Positions 11,508-20,284 of a stretch of DNA of 63,584 nt are shown one piece after another. Every line of letters starts with the position of its first letter. Within the stretch, counting starts at the first letter, position 1. The stretch is from an uncultured Clostridia bacterium (GTDB lineage Bacteria; Bacillota; Clostridia; Christensenellales; Borkfalkiaceae), in assembly GCA_944372075.1 (NCBI GenBank), contig CALVYJ010000131.1:1-63584 (forward strand). The letters run 5' to 3'. The position numbers were made by a program, and so were the translations under genes. The notes beneath the pieces are model-generated. The model saw only the letters and a list, made by a program, of their open reading frames with translations, did not search any database and was not told the DNA's origin.

Positions 11508-12476
11508 ATGAAAAATATTAAAAAGATCGCCGTCTGCCTCTGTATAGTGCTGCTAATTCTCCTACTTCTCTCCTCTCCCGCAACGTATACCGCCGCCTGC
11601 ATGGAAGGAATCACTTTGTGGGCAAAAACGCTGTTGCCGACGCTCTTCCCGTTTATGGTTTGTGCAAGTCTCCTTTCAAAATTGGGAGTCGACAGCCTTT
11701 CAGACAAGCTATCACCCGCAATGAGACGCCTCAAATTACCACCCGCGGCAGCATTGTGCATCCTTTTAAGCGTTTTATCCGGCTATCCGATCGGCAGCCG
11801 CACTTTATTGGACTTAAAAAACGCCGGATGGATACGGCCTCAGGACAGCACACGCGTCAGCGTAATTTGCTCCACTTCCGGCCCTATGTTTATTTTAGGA
11901 AGCGTGGGTTTAACCATGCACAAAAGCTTCATCGCCGGTATTTTGTTGCTCATCAGCCATTTGTCAGCAATCCTGATCGTCGGACTTGCCTTTTTACCGT
12001 TCATCCGGCCGATTACTCCCTACAAAAACAGCGTTCCGATCGACGGAATCGCTCATAAAAACGCAGCATCTTTATCCGACAGTATTCAAAGCTCCGTCAT
12101 TACAATCCTTTACGTCGGCGGATTTATAGCCTTTTTTTGCGTTCTGACCCATGCAATTGAAAATACCGGAATCTTAAAAATCCCGGAAAAATTTTTCACA
12201 CTTTTGCTGCAGGGAAACTCCCCCGCCGCAAAAGGATGTTTACTCGGGCTGCTGGAAGCGACCAGAGGTTGCGCCATCCTTGCACAAGAAACGACTCCCC
12301 TCTCCATGGCATGCACCGCCTTTCTCATAACCTTCGGCGGCGCCAGTATTTTAGCTCAGCAACTGACGTTTCTCAAACCTGCAGGCGTCAACGTAAAACG
12401 GTTTATCGGCATTAAGCTATTGCAAAGCAGTTGTTCCTTTGGAATTTGCTTATGCCTATGTATCGCCTTTCTTTAA
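11508..12476 (+). CDS. ylbJ: sporulation integral membrane protein YlbJ (SpoVV-like)
   Basis: LPTLFPF, SGYPIG, SGPMFILG, GLLEATRG, FGG.SI..Q; divergent from a patatin gene and near coaD as in Bacillus. Confidence 0.85.
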   Translation: MKNIKKIAVCLCIVLLILLLLSSPATYTAACMEGITLWAKTLLPTLFPFMVCASLLSKLGVDSLSDKLSPAMRRLKLPPAAALCILLSVLSGYPIGSRTLLDLKNAGWIRPQDSTRVSVICSTSGPMFILGSVGLTMHKSFIAGILLLISHLSAILIVGLAFLPFIRPITPYKNSVPIDGIAHKNAASLSDSIQSSVITILYVGGFIAFFCVLTHAIENTGILKIPEKFFTLLLQGNSPAAKGCLLGLLEATRGCAILAQETTPLSMACTAFLITFGGASILAQQLTFLKPAGVNVKRFIGIKLLQSSCSFGICLCLCIAFL

Positions 12477-12491
12477 TTGGTTCGCAGACAA

Positions 12492-13289
12492 TCAATAGCA
12501 ACCCAGCAACTTAAAGTTCCTGGAATATTCAGACAACCGGTGCAGCGCATAAGTTACATTCTTAGCGGAAACGTCGCCTTCAAACTCGACAAAAAAGCAA
12601 TATTCCCCGGGAGAATTTTTGATCGGACGCGACTCTATTTTTGTCATATTCAAGTCATAAACGGATAAAATTTGCAACATTTTCAGCAGGGCGCCCGGCT
12701 CATGCGGACAAGTTGCCGCAAAATAAATGCGCGTACTGTGGTTCGGCAAAAATTCCTTCCCCTTGCGCACCAACAAAAAATGTGTAAAATTCTTTGGTTC
12801 GTCCGCAATATTTCCGCCCAAAAATACAAAGCCTTCCCTCTGGACATGCGAACCGACAATTCCCGCTTCGTCTTTTTTCTGAATATGATGCAGACTTTGC
12901 ATTGTGGAATCCGTATAGATTATTTTTGCTTGCGAGAAATTTGTCCTTAAAAACTGACCGCACTGCAAAATCGCCTGTTGATGCGAATAAATTTTTTGAA
13001 TATCGCAAAACGACGTCCCTTCTCGCACAATTAACCGATGCTCGATAGGCAAAATATATTCATGAACGGCATACAATTCGGGCTCTGCATATAACAGGTC
13101 TAAATTTTGCGTGACCGCTCCCTGCAACGTATTTTCAACCGGCAACGCCACGCTTTGAACCTCTCCTTGCGATAACGCCTCAACGGCCGCCGCAAAAGTA
13201 TTATAGGCAACACCCTGATCTTCCGGACACATCTTATGCGCCGCTACAGAAGAATAACTCCCTTCCGGACCCAAATAACCGATTTTCAA
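12492..13289 (-). CDS. pheA: prephenate dehydratase
   Basis: GYLGPEGSYS, PVENT..G, SHQQAILQC, ACT domain NMTKIESRP; TTG start. Confidence 0.93.
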   Translation of the reverse strand: MKIGYLGPEGSYSSVAAHKMCPEDQGVAYNTFAAAVEALSQGEVQSVALPVENTLQGAVTQNLDLLYAEPELYAVHEYILPIEHRLIVREGTSFCDIQKIYSHQQAILQCGQFLRTNFSQAKIIYTDSTMQSLHHIQKKDEAGIVGSHVQREGFVFLGGNIADEPKNFTHFLLVRKGKEFLPNHSTRIYFAATCPHEPGALLKMLQILSVYDLNMTKIESRPIKNSPGEYCFFVEFEGDVSAKNVTYALHRLSEYSRNFKLLGCY

Positions 13290-13303
13290 AGTTTTCCCTC
13301 ACA

Positions 13304-14329
13304 TTACACTTTATCTGCGATATCCAATACAAGCCGCTCCGTATCCTTCCACCCGAGACAAGGATCGGTAATTGACTTGCCGTAAATTATATCTTCCTTT
13401 TGACATCCCTCTTCAATAAAACTCTCAATCATAAATCCTTTGACATATTTTTTGAAATCTTTATCGTACAAACGATTATTCAAAACTTCTTCAACGATCC
13501 GTATCTGTTGCTTGTATTGCTTACCGGAATTAGAATGATTGGCGTCTATCACAATCGCAGGATTTTTCAAACCGGTTTTCGAATACCCTTCTACAACCTT
13601 CATGACTGTTTCATAATGAAAATTCGGAATATCGTTTCCGTATCCGTCCACCGCTCCGCGCAATACGGCATGCGCCAATTCATTGCCGGATGTCCGAACT
13701 TGGTAATTTTGATACTTGAATACTTGTCCGCCGCTTTGCGCTGCATAGATCGAATTCAACAAAACCGGGATCGAACCGCTCATCGGATTTTTAATGCCTA
13801 CCGGAAGCTCGATTCCGCTGGAAACCAAACGATGCATTTGATTTTCACTGGAGCGAGCCCCGATCGCTATATACGTCAGCAGATCTTCTACGTATGCATA
13901 ATTTTCCGGATATAACATCTCATCCGCAGCGGAAAGACCGCTCGCACCGATCGCATCGATATGCAATCTGCGTATGGTTAAAATTCCTTTCAGAATATCT
14001 TCCTTTCTTTTAGGGTCGGGCTGTGTAAACATTCCTTTATATCCGACCCCTTTGGTTCGGGGCTTGTTTGTATAAATTCTAGGAACAATTACAATTTTAT
14101 CCTGTACCCGCTCATTCAGTTTTCCCAACCGCTCTACATAATCCAGCACCGGCTTGCTCTCATGCGCTGAACACGGCCCGATAATTAAGAGCAATTTATC
14201 CGTTTCTCCACGGATCACCTGCGAAGCCAATTCGTCGCGCTCCGCTTTGATTTTTCGCAGTTCCTTCGGCAACGGTAAACTGTCTAATATTTCCTCCGCC
14301 GCAGGTATTAACTCTTCCCGTTCAAACAT
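13304..14329 (-). CDS. aroF: DAHP synthase, class I-alpha
   Basis: IGPCS, KPRT, IGARS, DANHSNS, YGKSITDPCLGW. Confidence 0.92.
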   Translation of the reverse strand: MFEREELIPAAEEILDSLPLPKELRKIKAERDELASQVIRGETDKLLLIIGPCSAHESKPVLDYVERLGKLNERVQDKIVIVPRIYTNKPRTKGVGYKGMFTQPDPKRKEDILKGILTIRRLHIDAIGASGLSAADEMLYPENYAYVEDLLTYIAIGARSSENQMHRLVSSGIELPVGIKNPMSGSIPVLLNSIYAAQSGGQVFKYQNYQVRTSGNELAHAVLRGAVDGYGNDIPNFHYETVMKVVEGYSKTGLKNPAIVIDANHSNSGKQYKQQIRIVEEVLNNRLYDKDFKKYVKGFMIESFIEEGCQKEDIIYGKSITDPCLGWKDTERLVLDIADKV

Positions 14330-14816
14330 CTTGGTTCGCCTCTTGCAGATATTTATTCAAGTCTTCTCGAATTTCTTCCGGTATATATTTGTCAACATTT
14401 TTCCTAAAGCGCAATGCATCTTTCACCAACCCGGAACTGATGTGCAAAAATTCTTGGCGCGTAGGAAAAAACAACGTGATCATCTCCTTATACATATCGA
14501 CGTTTATAAAATTCAATTGCGCTTCATAATCGTAATCAGTACCGTTCCGTATGCCACGCACATAATATTTGACGCCTTCTCTCTTTAACAAATCTACCGT
14601 TAGCCCATCGTAAGAAAGGACTCGCACATTCGGATGCGAGCTAAATACCTTTGACAACATTTGTAACCGCTGCTCTACCGAAAACAACGGCTTCTTGTTC
14701 GGATTGATCAAAATTGCAACGATCACTTCATCGAATAAATCCAAACATTTCATTACAATATCTTTATGCCCTAACGTAGGCGGATCAAAAGTTCCCGCAA
14801 AAACACACTTTTTCAT
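14322..14816 (-). CDS. coaD: phosphopantetheine adenylyltransferase
   Basis: GTFDPPTLGH, NPNKKPLF, VRGIR, ISSGLVK. Confidence 0.96.
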   Translation of the reverse strand: MKKCVFAGTFDPPTLGHKDIVMKCLDLFDEVIVAILINPNKKPLFSVEQRLQMLSKVFSSHPNVRVLSYDGLTVDLLKREGVKYYVRGIRNGTDYDYEAQLNFINVDMYKEMITLFFPTRQEFLHISSGLVKDALRFRKNVDKYIPEEIREDLNKYLQEANQDV

Positions 14817-14834
14817 CCTGATTTCTCCTCTCTG

Positions 14835-15365
14835 TCAATCCGGCGTAAAAAACGTTAAATATGCAATCCCGTATTTACGTTCATCATACTTGACAAGATT
14901 CTCAATTTCGCCCTCAAACGGTTTATCGCTTTCTAAAATCGCAATCCCGCCCGTATTCAACAATTTCCGTTTCGATATCTGTTTCAAAGCATCCTCTCCG
15001 TAATTGCTCTGATAAGGCGGATCGACATAAATTATATCAAACGTTACCTCTAGTCGCTCCAATAGCGCCCGATAATCCAGATTATATATTTTTGCATCCA
15101 TACGCAGCAAAGCTAAATTTTTACGCAAAATCGCCAAACTTTCGGCCGAAATATCATTGAAAACTACAAAATCTGCCCCGCGCGATATTGCTTCCAATCC
15201 GATACTTCCGCTGCCGCAAAATAAATCCAGAACGTTTGCGCCAAAAATCTCAGGCGACAAAATATTAAACAACGCCTCCTTTGCCCGATCGGATGTAGGG
15301 CGAACGTCTTTTCCCTTAAAAGCAGACAATACGCGTCCCCTGTATTTGCCACCGATTATTCTCAC
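14835..15365 (-). CDS. rsmD: 16S rRNA m2G966 methyltransferase
   Basis: MRIIGGKYRGR, RPTSDRAKEALFN, LDLFCGSG, DPPY. Confidence 0.95.
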   Translation of the reverse strand: MRIIGGKYRGRVLSAFKGKDVRPTSDRAKEALFNILSPEIFGANVLDLFCGSGSIGLEAISRGADFVVFNDISAESLAILRKNLALLRMDAKIYNLDYRALLERLEVTFDIIYVDPPYQSNYGEDALKQISKRKLLNTGGIAILESDKPFEGEIENLVKYDERKYGIAYLTFFTPD

Positions 15366-16042
15366 CGCTTGCCAGCCTCCTGCCCGTTACGTTCCTTGCG
15401 CGCAGCCTTGCCCGCTTCAATCGCCTTGGTGTTTCTCTCCAGCATATACTGACGCAATTTTTCTTTATTTCCGCCCAAAATATACGCAACCGTACTGATT
15501 GCCAAGAAAATTCCGATCAAAATCAATGTATACAAGGCAGAAGTTGACGGAATAATTTCTGTGCCGTCCGTTCCCATAGCAATCATGTATACGATGACCA
15601 CGGGGGCATATGCCCATCCATAGATAAACAAAAGGGCAGCCTTTACTCCGGCGCTTTCCGAAAAATACGCTACAAAAATTAAGACAATCGCAGCTAAACA
15701 TACGATAAAACCGATCAAAAAGCCTTTATACCCGCGATATTCTTTACACGGACGATAGATGCCGTTCGCCCCGACACCGCCCGTCGGTTTATTCGCGCGC
15801 AACAATGCCCCGGTGACTTTCATTTTATATGCCTGTTCCCCAACTGAACGCATAATGACAAACGACAGCAACCAATCACACGCCATGATAACGATCATCA
15901 ATATTATACGCACGCCGACGTTTTCAATAAACAAAATCGCGAGCATCGTCATGCCAAACATTAACTTAATAAAAAACGGTGTAAGACAACGACGAATATA
16001 TTCTAAAATTTCCCAGCCTATTTTTTTAATAAATTTTACCAT
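15362..16042 (-). CDS. hypothetical multi-pass membrane protein
   Basis: About 5 hydrophobic helices; SD GGAGG before ATG 16042; overlaps both neighbouring genes. Confidence 0.75.
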   Translation of the reverse strand: MVKFIKKIGWEILEYIRRCLTPFFIKLMFGMTMLAILFIENVGVRIILMIVIMACDWLLSFVIMRSVGEQAYKMKVTGALLRANKPTGGVGANGIYRPCKEYRGYKGFLIGFIVCLAAIVLIFVAYFSESAGVKAALLFIYGWAYAPVVIVYMIAMGTDGTEIIPSTSALYTLILIGIFLAISTVAYILGGNKEKLRQYMLERNTKAIEAGKAARKERNGQEAGKR

Positions 16043-16598
16043 AATTCCTCCGTTTATCTGCAAACATAACAGTACGATCTGTTACCAAAACGTCAACCGC
16101 AATATCATGTGTCTGCGCAAAAACGTTTTCGACAAGTTGAAAATCAAAAGCTATACCTATCTTTAATCCGCCCCTATGTTGCGCTAAATAGCGATCATAA
16201 TATCCACCGCCATACCCCAGTCTATACAAATTGCGATCAGCGGCAAGCAACGGTAAAACAATAACGTCCGGGGGCTTGTCCGACTTCGGCTCAATCGGTT
16301 CAAAAATCCCGTAAGAACTTCGATGCAATTCTTGTCCCGTATATTGTGAAAATACGATCTGATCGCCCTCAACACGAGGCAAAAAAATATCTTTGCCGCG
16401 CGCAAACAGCTCATTCATTATTTCCCATGTGTTTACTTCATCACCGAAGGAAGCATACATAAAAAAGTTTTGCCCATGCGCTACCTCGTCCAGAGTAAAG
16501 AATTTTTCAAAAATTTTGCGATTGCGCTCCAAACGATCCAGCGCATCGGCGCGTAATCGCTTCATTGCCGAACGCAATTCCGCTTTATCCTTCAACAT
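16026..16598 (-). CDS. 5-formyltetrahydrofolate cyclo-ligase
   Basis: K.ELR, YGIFEP, PLLAAD...RLGYGGGYYDRYL, HDIAVD. Confidence 0.93.
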   Translation of the reverse strand: MLKDKAELRSAMKRLRADALDRLERNRKIFEKFFTLDEVAHGQNFFMYASFGDEVNTWEIMNELFARGKDIFLPRVEGDQIVFSQYTGQELHRSSYGIFEPIEPKSDKPPDVIVLPLLAADRNLYRLGYGGGYYDRYLAQHRGGLKIGIAFDFQLVENVFAQTHDIAVDVLVTDRTVMFADKRRNYGKIY

Positions 16599-17607
16599 AA
16601 AATTTTTCCGCTCGCCGTCCTAACATCACAAGCACCTCATAGCTGATTGTCTGATTTTTCTGCGCATATTCATCCGCATCTGAAAAAATACATATCGTTT
16701 GATATTTTTTCAGCCTTTGAAGCGTTAAATGTGCGTCCATGCAAAGATTGTTAATATTTTGAAGATTGCCCTGTCTAAAAAATCCGTCCGCATAACCGGC
16801 GCGTATAATAGATATTTTTTGTTCGGGACAAGGATAATCGCCGTATCCCGCTCCTCCAATAACGGGAGAATGCGACGAAACAACGTCAGCATACATACGC
16901 ATCGCAGGCTTTACCGGACAATCGCAATGAAATCCGCTCGGCAAATATCCATAAAGTCCGATTCCCACCCGTACCATATCCAAGCTAAAATCTCGAGACG
17001 CAAGCACGCCTCCCGTCGCAGATATGTGCTTGAGCAATGCACCGAACACATATTCCGCCTTTTCGCAGATTTTACGAAACAAACAAAACTGCTTTTGCGC
17101 AACCGCAAAATCATCCGGTTTATAAAAATGGGAATAAATCCCCTCTATATGTACACGATCCGAAAATTTTTTTGCCAAAAAATAATAAAACGATTTTTCT
17201 GAAAAGCCATAGCGATTCATTCCGGTGTCTATTTTGATATGACAACGAACCACTATATTGTATTCTTCCGCAATTTTAGCCAATAAAACATAGTCCCGAA
17301 TGTCGCCTACGGTAAAAATCAATCCTAAAATTCCGCCTCGAACAATTTCATCGGCATTCAAAGCAGGCGTCAGCACCAATACGTCACTCTCTATACCCGC
17401 ATGCCGCAACTGCACCCCTTCTTCCACCAAAGAAACGGCAAACATGTCTGCCGTCCGAGCCAATGATTGACAAACAGCAACCGCGCCATGTCCGTATGCA
17501 TCCGCTTTAACAACGGCGCAAAATTTTTGTTGCGGAACCAAGTTCATGAATACTTCTGCATTGTTTCGGATATAATCCAAACGAATCTCCGCCCTGTTCT
17601 GCTGCAT
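16585..17607 (-). CDS. alr: alanine racemase
   Basis: VVKADAYGHG (PLP Lys), HIKIDTGMNRYG, GIYSHF, VRVGIGLYG, GYADG, CMD; SD GGGAGG before MQQN. Confidence 0.9.
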   Translation of the reverse strand: MQQNRAEIRLDYIRNNAEVFMNLVPQQKFCAVVKADAYGHGAVAVCQSLARTADMFAVSLVEEGVQLRHAGIESDVLVLTPALNADEIVRGGILGLIFTVGDIRDYVLLAKIAEEYNIVVRCHIKIDTGMNRYGFSEKSFYYFLAKKFSDRVHIEGIYSHFYKPDDFAVAQKQFCLFRKICEKAEYVFGALLKHISATGGVLASRDFSLDMVRVGIGLYGYLPSGFHCDCPVKPAMRMYADVVSSHSPVIGGAGYGDYPCPEQKISIIRAGYADGFFRQGNLQNINNLCMDAHLTLQRLKKYQTICIFSDADEYAQKNQTISYEVLVMLGRRAEKFYVEG

Positions 17608-17697
17608 ATCTCCCTCCCGCATCAATCGTTATACAGTATATGCCGATTCGCGAAAAAGAGTCTACCGCTTGACAGGCTTAAAAACGCAACCTTCTAC

Positions 17698-18291
17698 TTA
17701 ACGCTTCGTTTTCTGCGTCCGCAGTAAAAACCAAAACAATGTAAGCAGTTGCAAAGGCGCAGCAACTACAAAAAACAGCCAAGCATTGGGCAATTTTATT
17801 GTTAGAAATAAAGCAAGCGCAATCGTCCAAATCAGAGAAGAAACACTGACCGTTCGATGATACCGATTTCCCCATATTCCGGAAAATACCACGCATATAA
17901 TACAGCATATCGGCATCGACCAAACAAACAACAACCATTGTCCGGCGCCTTGCGCTTCAAATAAATACAACATCGCAAATACAAGCGTTGCAATAAACCA
18001 CACCAACAAACAACTCATCGCCACAACAAGAATGCGAGTGCGACGCTTTTCACGACCATATAAAGCCGGCTTTTTGTCCGCGTGCTCCGTTACCAAATAA
18101 TCCAGCGTAACGCCATATAATTTTGCCAATTCGCAAAGCACATAAACATCCGGTAAACTTTCACCTCTTTCCCATTTGGAAACTGCCTTATCCGAATAAT
18201 TTAATTTTTCCGCCAACTGCAACTGCGTCAGTCCCGCAGCCTTTCGGCACGCCGTTAAATTGCGGGCAACAATGTCTTTCAATTCTTCCAT
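17698..18291 (-). CDS. XRE-family transcriptional regulator with C-terminal membrane domain
   Basis: LTQLQLAEKLNYSDKAVSKWERGESLPD HTH followed by 4 TM helices. Confidence 0.9.
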   Translation of the reverse strand: MEELKDIVARNLTACRKAAGLTQLQLAEKLNYSDKAVSKWERGESLPDVYVLCELAKLYGVTLDYLVTEHADKKPALYGREKRRTRILVVAMSCLLVWFIATLVFAMLYLFEAQGAGQWLLFVWSMPICCIICVVFSGIWGNRYHRTVSVSSLIWTIALALFLTIKLPNAWLFFVVAAPLQLLTLFWFLLRTQKTKR

Positions 18292-18297
18292 GTATGT

Positions 18298-18326
18298 ATT
18301 ATAGCATAAAACCTATAAAACGTAAA
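18298..18326 (-). promoter_or_regulatory. sigA promoter, probably giving a leaderless XRE mRNA
   Basis: TTTACG-N17-TATAAT with extended TG; ATG 6 nt downstream; no SD. Confidence 0.65.
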
Positions 18327-18459
18327 ACATTTTACAAAAGACTTTCCGCAGAGAAATAAAAAAACAGCCAAATTATCTTTTATAAATATTAAAATCTCAA
18401 AATATTTTTTATAATAATAGCCTGTATTTTTTTCAAAAAATTCATTAAACAGCGTTGAC

Positions 18460-18515
18460 TCTACTGAACGTATAACCGCCTCTACCGACAGTAGAACGAC
18501 TGTTTTAGACTCTAC
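18460..18515. promoter_or_regulatory. candidate operator array TCTAC-N5-GTAGA
   Basis: Perfect site at 18481-18495, near-perfect site at 18460-18474, half site at 18511-18515. Confidence 0.5.
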
Positions 18516-18634
18516 ATATCAAAAAAATATCGTTTACCCCCGCATTGATAAAGTAGTTTTACATTCATCCTCCAACGCGATACAGTAATTATAGAAAGCC
18601 GACAACAATATTTTAACAAACGGGAGACAGCAAT

Positions 18635-19396
18635 ATGAATGAAAAACATCTCGCAACATTACGGCCGCAATCACATGGATCGTTAAAAAAAATTACGATA
18701 CTGGGCGACTCCATTCCCAAAGGCTTATATCTTCAGAACGGCAAAATATGTCGCATTGAGCATAGCGCCGTTCAAACTTTAACCGAAAGCCTGAATTTAT
18801 CGATCGAAAATTTATCCATATTTGGTCTGACATTAAAAAAATGCTATGAAAAAGGCATATTTGACCGCTGGCTGCAAGATCATAAATTCACCGGCGATTT
18901 ACTGATCCTGTCTTTGGGCGGCAATGATTGCGATTATAATTGGAATGCTGTTGAAAAAAATCCATTTGCCGAACACTATCCAAACACCCCTATCCCGGAA
19001 TTTGAAAGACTGCTGCATACAATCATCCGGCAGGCGAAAGCCGTAAAAATTAAACCGATTTTTACTTCACTGCCCCCTATTGATTCACAACGTTATTTTG
19101 AAAACATAATATCAAAACGCGCAGATCCTGCGCAGATTTTGAAATTCTTTCATGGTGATATCACCAACATTTCCAGGCATCAGGAGTGCTACAACAACGC
19201 CATTCAAAAAGCCGCCTTATCTTCGGGATGCCAGTTCTTGGATTACCGCTCAACCTTGCTCTTAAAAACAGACTATCTCAGTTATTTATCGGATGACGGA
19301 ATTCAGCCGAACCAAAGAGGTCACGATGCGAGCGCGGCTTTTGTTTATCAAAAATATTCTCATTATGCCGATCGTTATGCCCTCTCTGCTCCTTAA
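18635..19396 (+). CDS. SGNH/GDSL hydrolase family protein
   Basis: LGDSI block I, LGGND block III, block V reads DGIQPN (His replaced by Gln). Confidence 0.85.
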   Translation: MNEKHLATLRPQSHGSLKKITILGDSIPKGLYLQNGKICRIEHSAVQTLTESLNLSIENLSIFGLTLKKCYEKGIFDRWLQDHKFTGDLLILSLGGNDCDYNWNAVEKNPFAEHYPNTPIPEFERLLHTIIRQAKAVKIKPIFTSLPPIDSQRYFENIISKRADPAQILKFFHGDITNISRHQECYNNAIQKAALSSGCQFLDYRSTLLLKTDYLSYLSDDGIQPNQRGHDASAAFVYQKYSHYADRYALSAP

Positions 19397-19511
19397 ATAA
19401 GCCGCCGATTTTCAGCGTTTCTAAAAAGCATAAAACGATCAAAGGCGAACCCGATCCTCAAACAATCCGCATCAACGAACAAAGAAAAAATTGATCGCAA
19501 AAATTACAGAA

Positions 19512-19545
19512 AGAAAGTGACGGGTAAAACAACCCGTCACTTTCT
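19512..19545. terminator. terminator hairpin between convergent genes
   Basis: Perfect 14-bp stem AGAAAGTGACGGGT/ACCCGTCACTTTCT. Confidence 0.8.
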
Positions 19546-19597
19546 CCACTCACTACCACAAAAAGCAACAAGCTATTACGCGAAGTATTATGCAAAC

Positions 19598-20284
19598 CTA
19601 GCAATTGATGCAATCTTGAAAAATAATCTCCGCATTTTTTACATCATCCGGTTGTGCATCTTGAATATCAGAATACAAAAATTCTTTTCCCAATGCCCGA
19701 TATTTTTCTTGACACAATGAACGAAATGGCAAAAAATGAATCGACGTTTGATGAAAATATTTTTTCACCAAATCCGCTAATAATTTTATTTTCTCTCTCG
19801 AATCATTTTTCCCCGGAACCAACACATTCGTGAGACGAACTTGTTTGCCCAATTTTGCGCACACATCACCAAAACGCTCATACGGCACAAAATTATTCGA
19901 TTCTTGATTTTTAATATCACAAATCAGACAATCTGCCAACGCAATCATTTCCGAATCATGAATATGACCATTGGTCTCAACGCATACGTGAATATTATTC
20001 AAATGTAATTGTTGTACCAATTCTACATAAAATTTCTTTTGCAAGAAAGGCTCACCGCCCGATAAAGTAACGCCGCCGCGGCGAAAATATCCTTTATATC
20101 GCTTTATACGATTGACCAAATCGGAAACGGAAACCGCTTGTCCTTCTTTATAAAGCGTTTCGGGATTGTGGCAAAAAGGACACCGCAAATTGCAGCCGCT
20201 AAAAAACACGACGCATCGCAATCCTGTACCGTCTACGCCGGATCCACAGTAAACAGAATCTATTTTACCTTGAACTTCCATCAT
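19598..20284 (-). CDS. pflA: pyruvate formate-lyase activating enzyme (radical SAM)
   Basis: [21 protein letters not shown] (CX3CX2C), GVTLSGGEP; overlaps the pflB stop. Confidence 0.92.
   Translation of the reverse strand: MMEVQGKIDSVYCGSGVDGTGLRCVVFFSGCNLRCPFCHNPETLYKEGQAVSVSDLVNRIKRYKGYFRRGGVTLSGGEPFLQKKFYVELVQQLHLNNIHVCVETNGHIHDSEMIALADCLICDIKNQESNNFVPYERFGDVCAKLGKQVRLTNVLVPGKNDSREKIKLLADLVKKYFHQTSIHFLPFRSLCQEKYRALGKEFLYSDIQDAQPDDVKNAEIIFQDCINC

Noticed and set aside
11477-11761. N-terminal extension of the patatin ORF
   Set aside because: It is antisense to ylbJ; the SD and motif support the start at 11476.
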